Assembly: GCA_020348445.1 (NCBI GenBank)
Contig: CP070751.1
Coordinates: forward strand, 2,047,948-2,111,947
Reading direction: 5' to 3'
Source: Thermoplasmata archaeon
GTDB taxonomy: Archaea; Thermoplasmatota; Thermoplasmata; GCA-020350865
Length of the DNA stretch: 64,000 nucleotides
The notes under the pieces are model-generated. The model did not search any database. It had not been told where the DNA came from and saw only the letters and a list, made by a program, of their open reading frames with translations. The position numbers were made by a program, and so were the translations under genes. Position 1 is the first letter of the stretch. The number at the start of each line of letters is the position of its first letter. Below, piece after piece: positions 37,619 through 50,600 of this stretch.

Positions 37619-40600
37619 CTAGTGCCCTATAAATGTATATCTGGTGAGGGCAGAAGTGGAGATCTGATACCCCTTGATCATTTCTATCAATGTATCATAG
37701 GCACCTGAGGGCATATCTGTTCTGTGCCAGTTCCATCTCTGTTCCGAGTAAATGAAGTAATTTATGCCAACTGTATCTGGGATGCTGTCACAGAACCAGT
37801 CTGCGGTTTTATCTCCACCATACAGTTTCAATGGCAGACCTAAGGTATCGTAGCCTGCAAGAAAGTTCTCAGTCCACACCCCGATAGTATAGGAACTTCC
37901 TCCAAACTCAGTACCGTTGGAAGTGACAACCATATAATACAACATATCATAACCCAATAGGGCATTTGTATGAGTTAAGGTGCCTGTTGTTCCCAAGATC
38001 ACAACCGGGCTTCCAGGTACCTCCCAAAAAGTCGAATTTAATGCACCAAAGAATCCGTCCCTCGCAGTGGAGAAGTAGACAACATAATAATCACCATCCA
38101 TAACACCACTTGGTCTCACCCAGTCCAGTCTTATATCGTTGCCTATAATAGTTGCCGTGAGGTTCTGGGCAGTGCTTTGCGGATCAAAACCAGGATACCC
38201 TGACTCGTGGTATTTGATCATTGTTCCCGGCATACCAACAAATGTCACATATTCCTTGGAGCTGAATAATACCACATAGCCGTCACCTAAATATAGATTG
38301 GTGTTGTTTACACCCGAAGGTCCATCCCCATTGTTATGTTTACGCCAAGTTTGAGTGTTTTGATCCATCCATTTTACATAAACGGCGTTTGGCCCCATAT
38401 CTTGGATCAGATCATCGGCAGTAAAAGTGTCAATAGGTTTCAAAGGCAGGGCAAATGTCGAAATTCCTGCATCAAATGTTTTTGAGTATTTACCAACTGT
38501 TCTGGAATTGAACGAGATGTTACCATTCACATCAACAGCCCTGATTGTGAAGTAAAGCTCATCGTAGCTGCTGGCGTTTGTTATGTTCCAGCTTATGCGC
38601 AGCGGTTCGGTTTTAAGATCCACAGGATCAGTTCCATTTGCTATAAGACCCGATGTATCCACCCAAGGAGAAGAGAAGTTGAATCCCATCCTGGTGGGGG
38701 AACCATAGATATAGTATTTAGCAATGCCTGGGGATGTGGGGGGGTCCCATCGCAATATGAGATCATCTGCATTATTCCCAGTGGTTTCTATATACAGATT
38801 GGGAGTGACTATGCCTCCGATTACGTTCACATAGCACGGTGGGAACAGGACCTCTACTGTTTCATTGTCCCATCTCGTGTAATTGGCTCTGGATCCTTCG
38901 ATGACATTGGTGAGAACCATGTTTCCAAAACGAGAAGATGTGCAATTGAAGGTAATTACAAAGCTCTCGCCCACGTAAATGAGGCTTTTGTTCCATTCGA
39001 GGATAGTATTGCCATCCACATCGGTTGTGATATGATCTGGAGGTATGTTAAAGCTGTTCTGTATCAAGTTAATCCAAGGCGGCAGGACATCTACAACCAT
39101 CGGTGTTGAGTCGCTGGTGTTTATGTCTCTTGCTGCAACCTCTTTGACATATCCGCTGATTAAGGAATAAATATCTTCCAGATCTGAAGCAGTTTCAGCG
39201 TAGAAATACATTCCACCTGTTATATTTGCTATGTTTTTTAATAAATCCTCATCTGCACCAGGTCCCAATCCTACTGTATAGATGACGATATCATTTTCCG
39301 CTGCAAAATCTGCCTCATCTATTGGATCTACACCACCATTCCACCCGCCGTCTGTTAGCAAAATCTCCACATGAATGTGCCCATCTTGACCATTTCTTAT
39401 GAGTTCATAGCTGGCAACATGCATTGCTTCTCCCATATATGTGGAGCCCCCAGGACCTGGGATGTTGCTGATGTCGGTTCTTAGGTCATCGTATTTTGCG
39501 GTCAGGTTATTCATGAGCACAACATTGGAATCAAAATACACGACTGCACCGGTGTCTGGAATGCTCATGTCATATGTGTAATCCAAAAGAGCCTCTTTTG
39601 CGAGATTCACATCTTGCGAGCTCATACTGCCAGATCTGTCAACTATGAAAACAACATCTTGAGGGGCCTTAATATTAACGCCGTAACCGCTTCCGGTGAC
39701 ATTCAGGGTTATCGTGAAAATTTCGTTGTATCCCGTGCCCTTCAGATTGACCACATTCGGACTTGCTGACTTCATGAGTTGGAGGTGAGGATACAACTTA
39801 GATTCGAGAATCGCGATATCCCCGAAGGAAGGATTGTAATAGCCTTGGATTATGATCGTGGTTATCTCACGGTTCGCCATGGGGAATATGTTCGGGATCG
39901 ATATTGTCACGGTTATGTTAGTTGATTCACCTGGGTCGAGTGAGATATCAGGTTTGCCATTTCCATTTGAGTCACCAAGTGGGTTCCCAATTTCGTCAAG
40001 AAAGATGACTATCCAGCCATTAGGAAGCGATTGATATGAAATATCTATTTTCTCTGTTTCGTTATATTTGTTTTTCAGGGTCAGATTGTACGTTATATTC
40101 TCACCTGGGAAACCATATCCTGTGGTATCGGGCCCAACGAGAATGAACGGAACTGTAGGAGTCTGGTTGAACTGCCAACCAGCGGCATTGGAAGAGGGGT
40201 CGTTGTATCCTGCCCTATGCTGCCCTGCTCCCTCTGGTACCCTTGCCACGGTTTTATTCTTCTGGTGAGCCGAGGTCCAGCCAACCATATCTACTAGATT
40301 ATCATTGGCAGTATAGAGATATATGTTATCATTAGAGGGAGTGACATTCTGGAAGAAATGGGGTGCGTCATCGTAAAGAAGGATGAAGTACGGATCCAAA
40401 TCGTCTAATATGCTTGCCGGAGGTATGATATAGACATCGTCACAAACGATCTTATAACCTGAGACATCTAAGGAACTTGAACCTTTCAATTTTAACTCTA
40501 CAAAGGAGTGCTGGATCAAATCAGGATTGAACATAACCTCGTTCAGCATAACAGTGGGGGTCTCATTGTAGGCGGGAACGTCATTTTGTTCGTTTCCACT

Positions 40601-43600
40601 GTTAAATGTGGGTGTCGAATCCCGTGTCCAATTGTCTGAATAGGCATTCTTAAAGTATCTTGCCGTAGATTCTCCAAACAAAGGATCCGGTGCCAAGCCT
40701 TGTGTACCGTACCTTATCCTTGACCATAATATGTCCTCATCGTCATAGAGTCTGATTTCGTCACCCTCATCACTGAGATTTCCGTCTCCAAAGGTGACAT
40801 TAAAATATCCGCCTGAAAGAATTGTACCCATGCTGGATAAATTCACAGGGATGCCCAATGATTCGGTCTCCAAATACCATCCCTTACCAGCTGATAGATC
40901 CAAACCGCTTATACTTGGATTGTAAATCTCGACCTGCTCAGGCCCTGAATCCCTAATCTCAGTGAAAAATGGGGGCTTGTAATGCATTGTGGGTTCAGAA
41001 TCAAATACCCATCCTGCAAGTATCGAGGTATTATCATTGTATCCGTTTGAAGTGCCAAACCCTTCTGGATATCTATTCACAGATTTATCCTGGGAATGGG
41101 TTGTGCTCCATCCCACCATATCCAGTAATCTTCCCTCGTTATCATAAAGATAGACATTATCGGCATTTACATCCATATCAAAATTAACAGGGTAAAAGGA
41201 TTCTACAAGTGTTGCGTAGGGATCAAGGGGTGTGATTCCAATCTCACCTCCTTTGCCGATGATATACTCATCATCGCAGACTATCTTATACCCTGTTATA
41301 TCCATCTCATTTATGGGTTTAAACTCGATGTCAAGTCCATCATCGGTATCACTTATCGTTGCATGCTGAGACGATCTTGCCCCATCTCCTTTGTTTAGGC
41401 CGATTGTATGAGCGCTGGGATCGTCTATATTGGCGAGGTTTATGGACCCCGGTCTGAGGTCTTCATATTGAAATACTATCTTGCCATCGTTTTCATAGAG
41501 GTTCACTTCAAAGGTCATGTACTTACCGTCGTAGTCGTAATTTGGACCGCTTTTATGCTCTATTCTATAATACGTGACGGTGAATATTCTGTTTGGGGAA
41601 TTTCCAATTGTTTTGTAGAAGATTCCCCCGCCTGCACTTGCTGAAAGATTCAGGTCATCCCACATGGGGGCAATGACAAGTTGCATATCATCGTTAGATA
41701 AGGGGAAGTCTAAATTATCGGGCCTAATTGGGTATGAAGAAAAACTGATGTACCCATTTACACCGATTTGGATCAGATTGTAATACACACCATAAAAGTT
41801 GAAGGAGAAATCCATCCAAACGCCCTTAAAACCATTATCCCCGTCGGTAAAACTCAGAGAAACACCACCATTGCTTGCGTTGATAAATGGGTAGGTTTTA
41901 CTGTCATTCATTTCATAGGTCACGAAATTCCCATCGTAGATAAGCTCAATGAATCCAACTTTCGAATTGGTGTTGTACAGTACCTCGTTTAGCTTTAGAT
42001 GCGGTCCCAGTGATATTGGGGGTACCGTATTTTTTGCACCTATTGTGGGGCTAGAATCCCTGTTCCAGCTTTGTTCGTAAAGATATAGGCCATCGATGTA
42101 CGTGTTTGCATATATTGCAGTTGATTCACCAGTTAATGGATCAGGTGCGGTGCCGTTGGTTCCATACCCTACCCATCTGTAAAGATTACCGGCCTCATCA
42201 AATAAGCTGACGTTTCCGCCCTCATCGTTTAGTGATAAGCCCAAAGGCAAACTGGCATTGGGATGATCTCCAAATACAAGATAGCCTCCCCCGGGCACAT
42301 ATGTTCCCATGGGTATCGTTACATTCACCCCATTGTAGGTCAGCCTCCATGAGCTGATGTTGTACTTCGCGTTTTTCTCTGCGCGATAATATAGCTCAAT
42401 TGCCTCACTTCCAGTGGGGGAGTCCTGGATTTCGGTTATGAAAAGTTCATAATACGGGTTTGGTGTTTGGTTAAAACTCCATCCCGCGTTCATTGTTGTT
42501 TGATCGTTCCAGCCATTGTATTGACCCACCCCGGGATTCTTTCTTCGAACTGATTTGTCCTGATCGTGCGAGGAATTCCAGCCCACCATGTCTAAAAGCT
42601 TTCCATTCTTGTCAAAAAGGTAGATATTGTCTTTTTGGGGCGTGATATCAAAGTCCGCAGGAAAGGAATTCTCATAGAGTGTATAATAGTTATTTCCATC
42701 TGTGATGAGGTAATCCTCCAATTCGTAAACAGAGTCACACATTATTTTGGTGCCGTTTAGGTTTCCAGGGTTCAAAAAAGAGATGATCTCTACGAACATC
42801 TCCTCTGAGTTGGGATTAAACAATACCTCATTCAATCTTGTGAGTGGAAATGTTTCGATGCCAACTACGTTATTCTGCTCGTCGCTCCAATCGGGACCTA
42901 TGCCATCACCAAATGTCGAGGATGAATCCCAATTCCAGTTGTCGGAATACATTGACCCAGAATATATCCTTGCCACAGACTGGTTCGGAGGCGGGTCAGG
43001 TGGATATCCTTCAGTACCAAAACCAATCTCGTCCTCGAGGGTGTTGTAGGGGGTATAAAATATGGAGACTGTATCACCTTCGTCATTGATCAAGTCACCT
43101 CCCGTTCTCCATACCCCATATCCACCTGGTGGTATTGATGATGAATTCCAAGAACCGACTGTTATGTTTGTTGTTCCACGATCCAGGGATATGTTGATAT
43201 CAGTAACATCTGCAGGGATCTCACCATTGTTGTAGACCTCTACATACTCATCAATTCCGCTGTCCATAATCTCAGTGATAATCAAATCCGGCTTCGGCAT
43301 GGTAACAAAGGCATAAAATGCCTGGGCTTTGCTTATATTCTCCCGAAGATTCGCCAAATTCGAGCCAAAGGCCGCAACCAGTGCAATTGTCGATTTTTTA
43401 CCATTGGGTATTGTACCAATGTTCCAGTCGATAACAGAGCCCACTTTTTTATCTGGAGCCGTAAGGGCAGCTGTTTGGTTGGGACTGTTGATGGCAGTGT
43501 ATATGGCAGTATCTGCACCCTGAAATGGTAGATTAGGCCAATCAGATGCATTTGTCCCATCTATTCCATAATAATGATCTATGGGATCTGAAACGTTGGC

Positions 43601-44257
43601 AGATGAAAAACCGAAGAATTGATTGATGGCATTCGTGTCAGTGTAGTAATAGATTGAGTCACTTAAATCCCAAGAGTCCCAGTCATCCTCGTTATTATCG
43701 TTTTCAAAATTCGAACATAGGCGCATACCAGCCTTAACCCCTGTCAGATCGGAGCCATAGATGTTCTCTATTTTCCATTCTAATACCACCCAAAATGCCC
43801 CACTTTGGGTCCATGCTGTCTGGTGGATACGAAAATCGTCAGGGTTCGTAATCCGTGTTTCAGTGAAGGTTCCAAATATTTTTTGTGTAGTGCCTGTTTC
43901 TTCCCAACCGAGGGGGGCGTCCACTCCGTTGATAACCTCAAAATCCCCATCCTCCATTGGGAGACCGGGGAATAAGGCAGCCACATTATTTGGCCCGTAG
44001 TTATCCTGATAAAGAAAAAAATATTGCCAATAATCATTAAGTGGTATAATATCTCCTATACCAGTATGTACCCGGGTTTGATGAAACCTTCCTATATCGC
44101 TAAGCTGTAGGGTGATATTACCGGCATTTAGTTCCAGTTGAGGCTCTGCCTCTACAACAAAGGGAAGCGTATTAAAAAAGACAATAAAAATGTTACCTAA
44201 AACCAGATAGATTATGATAAACAAAGAAGTCGTTTTTCTTGAGGATTTGGTTTGCAT
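37619..44257 (-). CDS. Secreted multidomain protein paralogous to 15699-21542: 3 LTD pairs, inserted NIDO-like domain, Ig domain, vWA domain, FN3-like domain, twin C-terminal module; no TM
   Basis: DVVFIVDRSGSMS (MIDAS), ILLTDG, IYTVGLG; LLDMVGW repeats; MDFSFNFYGVYY; ends GYQISTSALTRYTFIGH. Confidence 0.87.
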   Translation of the reverse strand: MQTKSSRKTTSLFIIIYLVLGNIFIVFFNTLPFVVEAEPQLELNAGNITLQLSDIGRFHQTRVHTGIGDIIPLNDYWQYFFLYQDNYGPNNVAALFPGLPMEDGDFEVINGVDAPLGWEETGTTQKIFGTFTETRITNPDDFRIHQTAWTQSGAFWVVLEWKIENIYGSDLTGVKAGMRLCSNFENDNNEDDWDSWDLSDSIYYYTDTNAINQFFGFSSANVSDPIDHYYGIDGTNASDWPNLPFQGADTAIYTAINSPNQTAALTAPDKKVGSVIDWNIGTIPNGKKSTIALVAAFGSNLANLRENISKAQAFYAFVTMPKPDLIITEIMDSGIDEYVEVYNNGEIPADVTDINISLDRGTTNITVGSWNSSSIPPGGYGVWRTGGDLINDEGDTVSIFYTPYNTLEDEIGFGTEGYPPDPPPNQSVARIYSGSMYSDNWNWDSSSTFGDGIGPDWSDEQNNVVGIETFPLTRLNEVLFNPNSEEMFVEIISFLNPGNLNGTKIMCDSVYELEDYLITDGNNYYTLYENSFPADFDITPQKDNIYLFDKNGKLLDMVGWNSSHDQDKSVRRKNPGVGQYNGWNDQTTMNAGWSFNQTPNPYYELFITEIQDSPTGSEAIELYYRAEKNAKYNISSWRLTYNGVNVTIPMGTYVPGGGYLVFGDHPNASLPLGLSLNDEGGNVSLFDEAGNLYRWVGYGTNGTAPDPLTGESTAIYANTYIDGLYLYEQSWNRDSSPTIGAKNTVPPISLGPHLKLNEVLYNTNSKVGFIELIYDGNFVTYEMNDSKTYPFINASNGGVSLSFTDGDNGFKGVWMDFSFNFYGVYYNLIQIGVNGYISFSSYPIRPDNLDFPLSNDDMQLVIAPMWDDLNLSASAGGGIFYKTIGNSPNRIFTVTYYRIEHKSGPNYDYDGKYMTFEVNLYENDGKIVFQYEDLRPGSINLANIDDPSAHTIGLNKGDGARSSQHATISDTDDGLDIEFKPINEMDITGYKIVCDDEYIIGKGGEIGITPLDPYATLVESFYPVNFDMDVNADNVYLYDNEGRLLDMVGWSTTHSQDKSVNRYPEGFGTSNGYNDNTSILAGWVFDSEPTMHYKPPFFTEIRDSGPEQVEIYNPSISGLDLSAGKGWYLETESLGIPVNLSSMGTILSGGYFNVTFGDGNLSDEGDEIRLYDDEDILWSRIRYGTQGLAPDPLFGESTARYFKNAYSDNWTRDSTPTFNSGNEQNDVPAYNETPTVMLNEVMFNPDLIQHSFVELKLKGSSSLDVSGYKIVCDDVYIIPPASILDDLDPYFILLYDDAPHFFQNVTPSNDNIYLYTANDNLVDMVGWTSAHQKNKTVARVPEGAGQHRAGYNDPSSNAAGWQFNQTPTVPFILVGPDTTGYGFPGENITYNLTLKNKYNETEKIDISYQSLPNGWIVIFLDEIGNPLGDSNGNGKPDISLDPGESTNITVTISIPNIFPMANREITTIIIQGYYNPSFGDIAILESKLYPHLQLMKSASPNVVNLKGTGYNEIFTITLNVTGSGYGVNIKAPQDVVFIVDRSGSMSSQDVNLAKEALLDYTYDMSIPDTGAVVYFDSNVVLMNNLTAKYDDLRTDISNIPGPGGSTYMGEAMHVASYELIRNGQDGHIHVEILLTDGGWNGGVDPIDEADFAAENDIVIYTVGLGPGADEDLLKNIANITGGMYFYAETASDLEDIYSLISGYVKEVAARDINTSDSTPMVVDVLPPWINLIQNSFNIPPDHITTDVDGNTILEWNKSLIYVGESFVITFNCTSSRFGNMVLTNVIEGSRANYTRWDNETVEVLFPPCYVNVIGGIVTPNLYIETTGNNADDLILRWDPPTSPGIAKYYIYGSPTRMGFNFSSPWVDTSGLIANGTDPVDLKTEPLRISWNITNASSYDELYFTIRAVDVNGNISFNSRTVGKYSKTFDAGISTFALPLKPIDTFTADDLIQDMGPNAVYVKWMDQNTQTWRKHNNGDGPSGVNNTNLYLGDGYVVLFSSKEYVTFVGMPGTMIKYHESGYPGFDPQSTAQNLTATIIGNDIRLDWVRPSGVMDGDYYVVYFSTARDGFFGALNSTFWEVPGSPVVILGTTGTLTHTNALLGYDMLYYMVVTSNGTEFGGSSYTIGVWTENFLAGYDTLGLPLKLYGGDKTADWFCDSIPDTVGINYFIYSEQRWNWHRTDMPSGAYDTLIEMIKGYQISTSALTRYTFIGH

Positions 44258-44663
44258 AAATCAGCCCCTTAACAGTACGGTCAAACGCCCACTCCTTCAA
44301 ATGCAAGATTTAGATATGATTTAGACACATTATATTCATCAGATTTGTATATATTTATATATATATTTCTTTATTCTTAAATATTTTATGGAACAGTAGT
44401 ATACAAGCATTTAAGTTCTATACAAATTATTATGGATTGGACAAGTTGATAGCTGGTATAATAATTGGACTTGATGAAAGCATGGATAAAAAGACAGAAA
44501 GGACCAAATGTCACTCATATAAGAACGATTTCGATGTTGAGCTCACAGGATCTCATGCCATATCCATTTCGTTTCCTGGCTGTAAAACTTCTGGTTGGAT
44601 GGAATACTAACTGTTCCACAAATATTTTAAGGTTTTAATTACAAGTACATATATGTCTATGAA

Positions 44664-47600
44664 ATGATGTATACATCGATCTTTAATAAATTAAATCAAG
44701 GTGAGTTGATGAGGAGAGAGCGTAATATTGTAAAGATTTTTCTGATATCAGTGGTCTTATTTTTAAATACGCTATCTATTGCAGGTATGGTGAACACACC
44801 CTTTATTTCGGACGTAATTGATGGGGGAATCCTAAAAAATATCGAAGATGCGGATACTGATTTGCAGCAAAGGGGAACAAGGGGAATAGAAACCCATGAT
44901 TGGTACATGTTCCATGGAAACACGGCCCATACTGGGGCAGCGGATCCTTCAGTTTCGGCTCCGGACACAAATGATACAGCTTGGACTTTTACCACTGCCT
45001 CTGATATCGAGGCCTCTGCTGCAGTGGTGGGGGACATGGTTTATTTTGCCAACATATATGGTAATTGTGATGATGACTGTATGATATATGGCATCAACGA
45101 AACAACAGGCAATTACTGGAACTTTACAGACATCGATTACGGAGGTGATAATTCGTTCAGATCCTCCCCTGCCATCGCCGATATCCAAGGTTACGGCAAT
45201 ATGCTCTTTATCGGCTCCATAGGAATGGGAGCAACACCTGACTTTGCTTATGGCCTTGACGCAAATCCTGATGACAACAATGACGGCGTTTATGACGAAC
45301 TTGATACCGACGAGGGACTCGACGACCTCCCAGATGCGAATTACGACTTAATCTGGAGATCCAAATTAGCCGACTACTCATCGATTTCTTCACCTTTGGT
45401 GGCATACATCCCCAGTTTGGATTCTCATGTTGTATATGTTGTGGGGGGTCAAACACTTCATGCCTTGAGTGCAGTGAATGGAGACTATATCTGGAATTTT
45501 ACAACAGGTGGGTACATCTCTACCTCTCCTGCTCTGGGTTACAACTTGCTGGGAAATCCGGTGGTTTATATTGCTTCAGATGATGGCTTTCTCTACGCTT
45601 TGGATGCAAGAGGTGTCGGAGGTTCAACCACAGTGAAATGGCAATACGATATGGGAGGATGGGTAGATTCTTCACCGACAATTGCTGATGATAGGGTTTT
45701 TATCGGTGGCTGGGGAGACGGCATATTGCACTGTTTGGATGCAACACCCGAGGACGGTAATGATGAAGGTGTAAATGACATTCCTGGAGTTGATTACGAT
45801 GTCATATGGACATTTGACATCGGCGATGACTACATATATTCCACACCCGCGGTTCATAACGGTGTTGTCTTCATCACAGGATATAACAGCGGTTATATTT
45901 ATGCACTTGAAGAGAACGTTAACCAGCCTTCCACATCAATTATTTGGAGCTATAATATCGGCGGAGGTTTTGGATATTCCTCGCCAGCAATTGCCGACGG
46001 AAAGGTTTTCGTGGGTTCGAAGGACAGCCACAAGGTGATTGCACTTGATGAGGTGGGTGGGGGCGGGACAACTACATTGATATGGGAATATGAAACCAAA
46101 GGAATAGTGACTGCCTCACCAGCCATTGCCAATGGCAAGGTTTATGTAGGCTCTGAGGACAACACTTTTTATGTTTTTGGTACCAGCGGATATGTAAATA
46201 AAAAGCCATATCCCCCAAAACTTTACAGCCCACTGAACACCCAAGTAATAACCTCCCCATCACCCAGGTTTGACTGGTCAGATGCAGTGGATAAGGATGG
46301 TTACATTGAATCGTACATAATAGAGATAGATGATGATCCATATTTCAATTCGCCTGAGTACACTCAGATCGATATCACCGAAACCCACTATTTTCCATCA
46401 TTTATTTCTGATGGTACCTATTTTTGGCATGTAAGGGCCAAGGATAATGAAGGGGCATACAGCATATGGTCAGAAACATGGGAATTCACAATAGATACTA
46501 TAAACGATCCTCCTGTTGTTACCGTAGTTTCTCCCAAAGGCGGGGAGGTTTGGGCAGGGACACACGATATATACTGGTATGCTTATGATTATGAAAACGA
46601 TCGCATGAGCTTTGATTTGTGGTTAAGCGACAACAGTGGTGCCAGTTACGACATCCTGCTGGCCTCTGGCTTGACTTCCCATGTGAGGGAATGGCGTTTT
46701 GAAACGACAGTTTATCCAGATGGGGTAAACTACCGAATCAAAATCAACGTTACCGATATGTACGGTTTAAAATCTGAGGATAATTCCGATGCTGATTTTG
46801 AAATCGACAATGGCCAAGGGGTAATCTATGATGATTGGCCGCAATTTCACCGCAACACAAACAATACAGGCTATTCTCCCTCCCAGGCTCCTGAGACCAA
46901 CAACACGAACTGGATTTTTGATACAGAAAGGGAAATCGATGCCTCACCTGCAATATTCGGGGGCATGGTATTTATTGGTAATCACAACGGAACGTTCTAT
47001 GCACTGAATGAGACAACAGGCAATGTAATCTGGCAGTACGACCACACAGATATTTGGTCCTGGTGCGATACTTCTCCTGCAGTGGGATATGTTCCCCAGT
47101 TGAATACCTATGCAGCCTTTTTTGGATTGACCATTTCCACAGGTTATAACTTCTTTGCAATGGACATTGATGGTCTTTCTGACGGCGATGATGGAATAAG
47201 CGAGGGGACACTTCCAGCCAATTATAACCTAAACGGAGATGTTCTCTGGGCCTACAAGGCCGAGAGCAGTGGGGCCTTGAGCTCCTCGCCCACAGTTTTT
47301 GAAGAGAGCGTTTACATCTGTTTCTATGAAACAGAATCAGGAGCGCAAAATTCAAGCCTGTGGGCATTCGATGTCAATGGTTACTTCGATGGTGACGATT
47401 GGTTACCAGATGATACTTTATCACCAGATTTCAGGTATGCAGATGTTCTCTGGACATTCAACACAAATTCATTTGCAGCAACATCTTCACCTGCAGTTGA
47501 GAATGTCCCGGGATTGGGGGCTCTAGTGTTCGTTGGAACAACTGAGGGATATTGGCCCTCGGAACTGGACCCGAACCTTTATGCACTGGATGCCAATCCC

Positions 47601-50600
47601 TTCGACGACTTGGTGGATCAGGGTCTGGCTGACCCTCCAGGCTCCTTTTACGATCTTATCTGGGAGACAAAATTGGATGACTACCTATTTTCCTCTCCTG
47701 CCGTGGCCTATGGGAATGTATATGTTGGGACATATTCCAGCCCTCAATATAATCCCGATAACTCAGGCTCGCTGTATTGTTTAGATGCGGCCACTGGAAC
47801 TATAGAATGGAACTACGAGGTTGGCGCAGATGACGATATCTATGCCTCACCTGCGGTTTGGAACGATATGGTTTTCATTCCTGTGAGGACTTACGACAGG
47901 ACTCTCTATGCCTTTGATGCAACCCCGGAGGATGGAATAGATGAGGGGTATGATGATCCCATTGGCGCAGACTATGACATAATATGGGCTCACAATCTCT
48001 ATGCAAGCAAGATATCATCCTCACCTGCCGTGGCAAACGGCAGGGTTTTCATAGGTGCAGGATGGGAATATAGTTGGGGTGACATATACTGCCTAGATGC
48101 GGTGGGAGATGGAAATGGAGGAACAAGGGAGATATGGAAATATACAACCCCGGATTTTGTCTACGGCTCACCCTCTGTGGCAAATGGTTGTTTATTTGTA
48201 ACAGATACAGAGGGATATGTTTACAAATTTGGTGCAATGAATGGAACAGATCTGACGATAAACCACTGGGATATTACATTAACACCCCCCACCCCTCAGG
48301 AGAACGGCACCGAGATCATCATCCAGGCCATAGTAACGAATTTGGGCAATATCGATGCCGTGGATGTGATGGTAAGGGTCTTTGACGATCTTAACGATAA
48401 CGGCATCATGGATTTAGGGGAGCAGATAGGGACCGATGAGATCATTGGCTTGATACCAGCGTACGGGGAGGGAACAGTATCTGTTACCTGGACCGCTCAA
48501 CCAATCGACTACCATAATATCTATGTGATTGTAGATCCATTAAACTCCATTTTGGAGGTAAAAGAGCACAATAACAAGGCTTGGACTTTCTTTGCGGTAG
48601 AGCCTATCACTTATGGTGTGGATTATATAATCATAAGAACAGAACCGAGGGGAGGAGGTGAGTTGGTGGGGGATAAAAACTACATCATCGGTGAAAAAGA
48701 CACATTCTATTGCGCAGGATATAACTTAAGCATAGGTTATGTGAAAGACTTAGAAGCAGTCTGGGAGAGCAACGACACAGACATAGCCCAAGTCACGTCC
48801 CCTGGGATCGCAACAACGTTCACAGCAAGTCTGATCAATTCAGGCTTTGTTTATGTTTCTGCCACAAATGGTACAATTACAAATGTAACTGGAATGTTGA
48901 CTGTTCTTCCACCTGACGTGGACAGCATAATAATAAGAGACGAAGCAAATGGCCAGGGTTTATGGGTGACGAACAAATTCTACGGCGTTGGTGCCGAGGA
49001 CTATTTCTACTGTGCCGGGTACAATTTAACTTCTGGTAATTATGTTAAGGATGTTGAGTCCGAATGGTGGAGCAACAACACGCTTTTAGGCACAGTGACA
49101 TCACCTGCAATTGTTACCACCTTTAAAGCAAGTGACTTTAACTCAGGTGTATTATTCGTTCGTGCAACTTATCAAGGGGCTTATACAAACGCTTCTGGGC
49201 CAATCACCGTGTTACAAGCCGGCTTGGATTATATAGTCATAAGAAATGAACCCAACGGATTGGGCGAGGAGGTAGGGGACAGAGTCTATGGAATAGGAGA
49301 ATCTGACACATTCTATTGCGCAGGTTACAATTTAACGGCTGGCTATATTCAGGATGTTTCAGCCGATTGGGAATCCAATAATACCAATATCGCGACGGTG
49401 ACTTCGCCTGGAATCGACACTACATTCACTGCAAGCACCTCAAACTGGGGTGTGTTTAAGATAACTGCGACATGCACCTTCCTTTCAAATGAAACAGGCA
49501 CGATCACCATTTTACCGCCTTCTCCAGACAGCATAGTGATCCGCACCAAGTCAGAAAATGGAGGCTCCTGGGTTGGGGATATGATTTACGGAGTTGGTGA
49601 CTCCGATACATTCTATTGTGCTGCTTACAATATCACCTATGGTTATATCGAAGATGTGAGTGCATACTGGACAAGCAGTGCTCCTTCTATTGCATGGGTT
49701 ACCTCCCCTGGGATTTTCACCAACTTTTCCGTAGGAAACACATCCTATGGTGATGTCTTTGTCTCAGCATTCTATAACAGCCTCTCGAACCGAACCGGTA
49801 CATTAACAATCCTTCCTCCCACCGTGGGTTATATCGTAATTCGTGATGAACCGGATAATGGGGGTGATGAGGTCGGGGATAGAGTCTATGGGTTAGGAGA
49901 TTCGGACACATTCTATTGCGCAGGTTACAATGTCACGGCTGGCTATATTCAGGATGTTTCAGCCGATTGGGAATCCAATAATACCAATATTGCCACGGTG
50001 ACTTCACCTGGAATTAGCACCACATTCAATGCAAGCACCTCAAACTGGGGTGTGTTCAAGATAACTGCGACATACGCCTTCCTTACAGATGCAACAGGCA
50101 AGATCACCATTTTACCGCCTTCTCCGGACAGCATAGTGATCCGCAGCAAGTCAGGAAATAAAGGCTCCTGGGTTGGGGATATGATTTACGGAGTTGATGA
50201 CTCCGACAAATTCTATTGTGCTGCTTACAATGTCACCTATGGTTATATCGAAGATGTGAACGCAAACTGGGTAAGCAGTGTTCCTTCTATTGCATGGGTT
50301 ACCTCCCCTGGAATTTTCACGACATTTTCTGCCGGTAGCACCTCTTTTGGTGATGTTTACGTAACAGCATATTACAACAGTCTGTCAAACCGTACCGGCA
50401 CTTTAACAATCCTTCCTCCGACCGTGGATTATATCTTGATTCGGGATGAGCCTGATAATGGGGGCGAGGAGGTCGGGGACAGAATTTATGGAGTAGGCGA
50501 TTCCGACACTTTCTACTGTGCAGGTTATAACGATACCATCGGTTATACTGAGGATTTGGATGCTGATTGGGCCCTTACAAATTTCAATGTGGGAGATGTC

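Noticed and set aside
44895-48235. PQQ-dependent dehydrogenase
   Set aside because: Only generic propeller blades; no catalytic motifs and no pqq genes; architecture is that of a surface adhesin
49230-50430. Repeat pair as a DGR template/variable region or CRISPR array
   Set aside because: In-frame coding duplication, differences not restricted to adenines, no reverse transcriptase, no spacer structure
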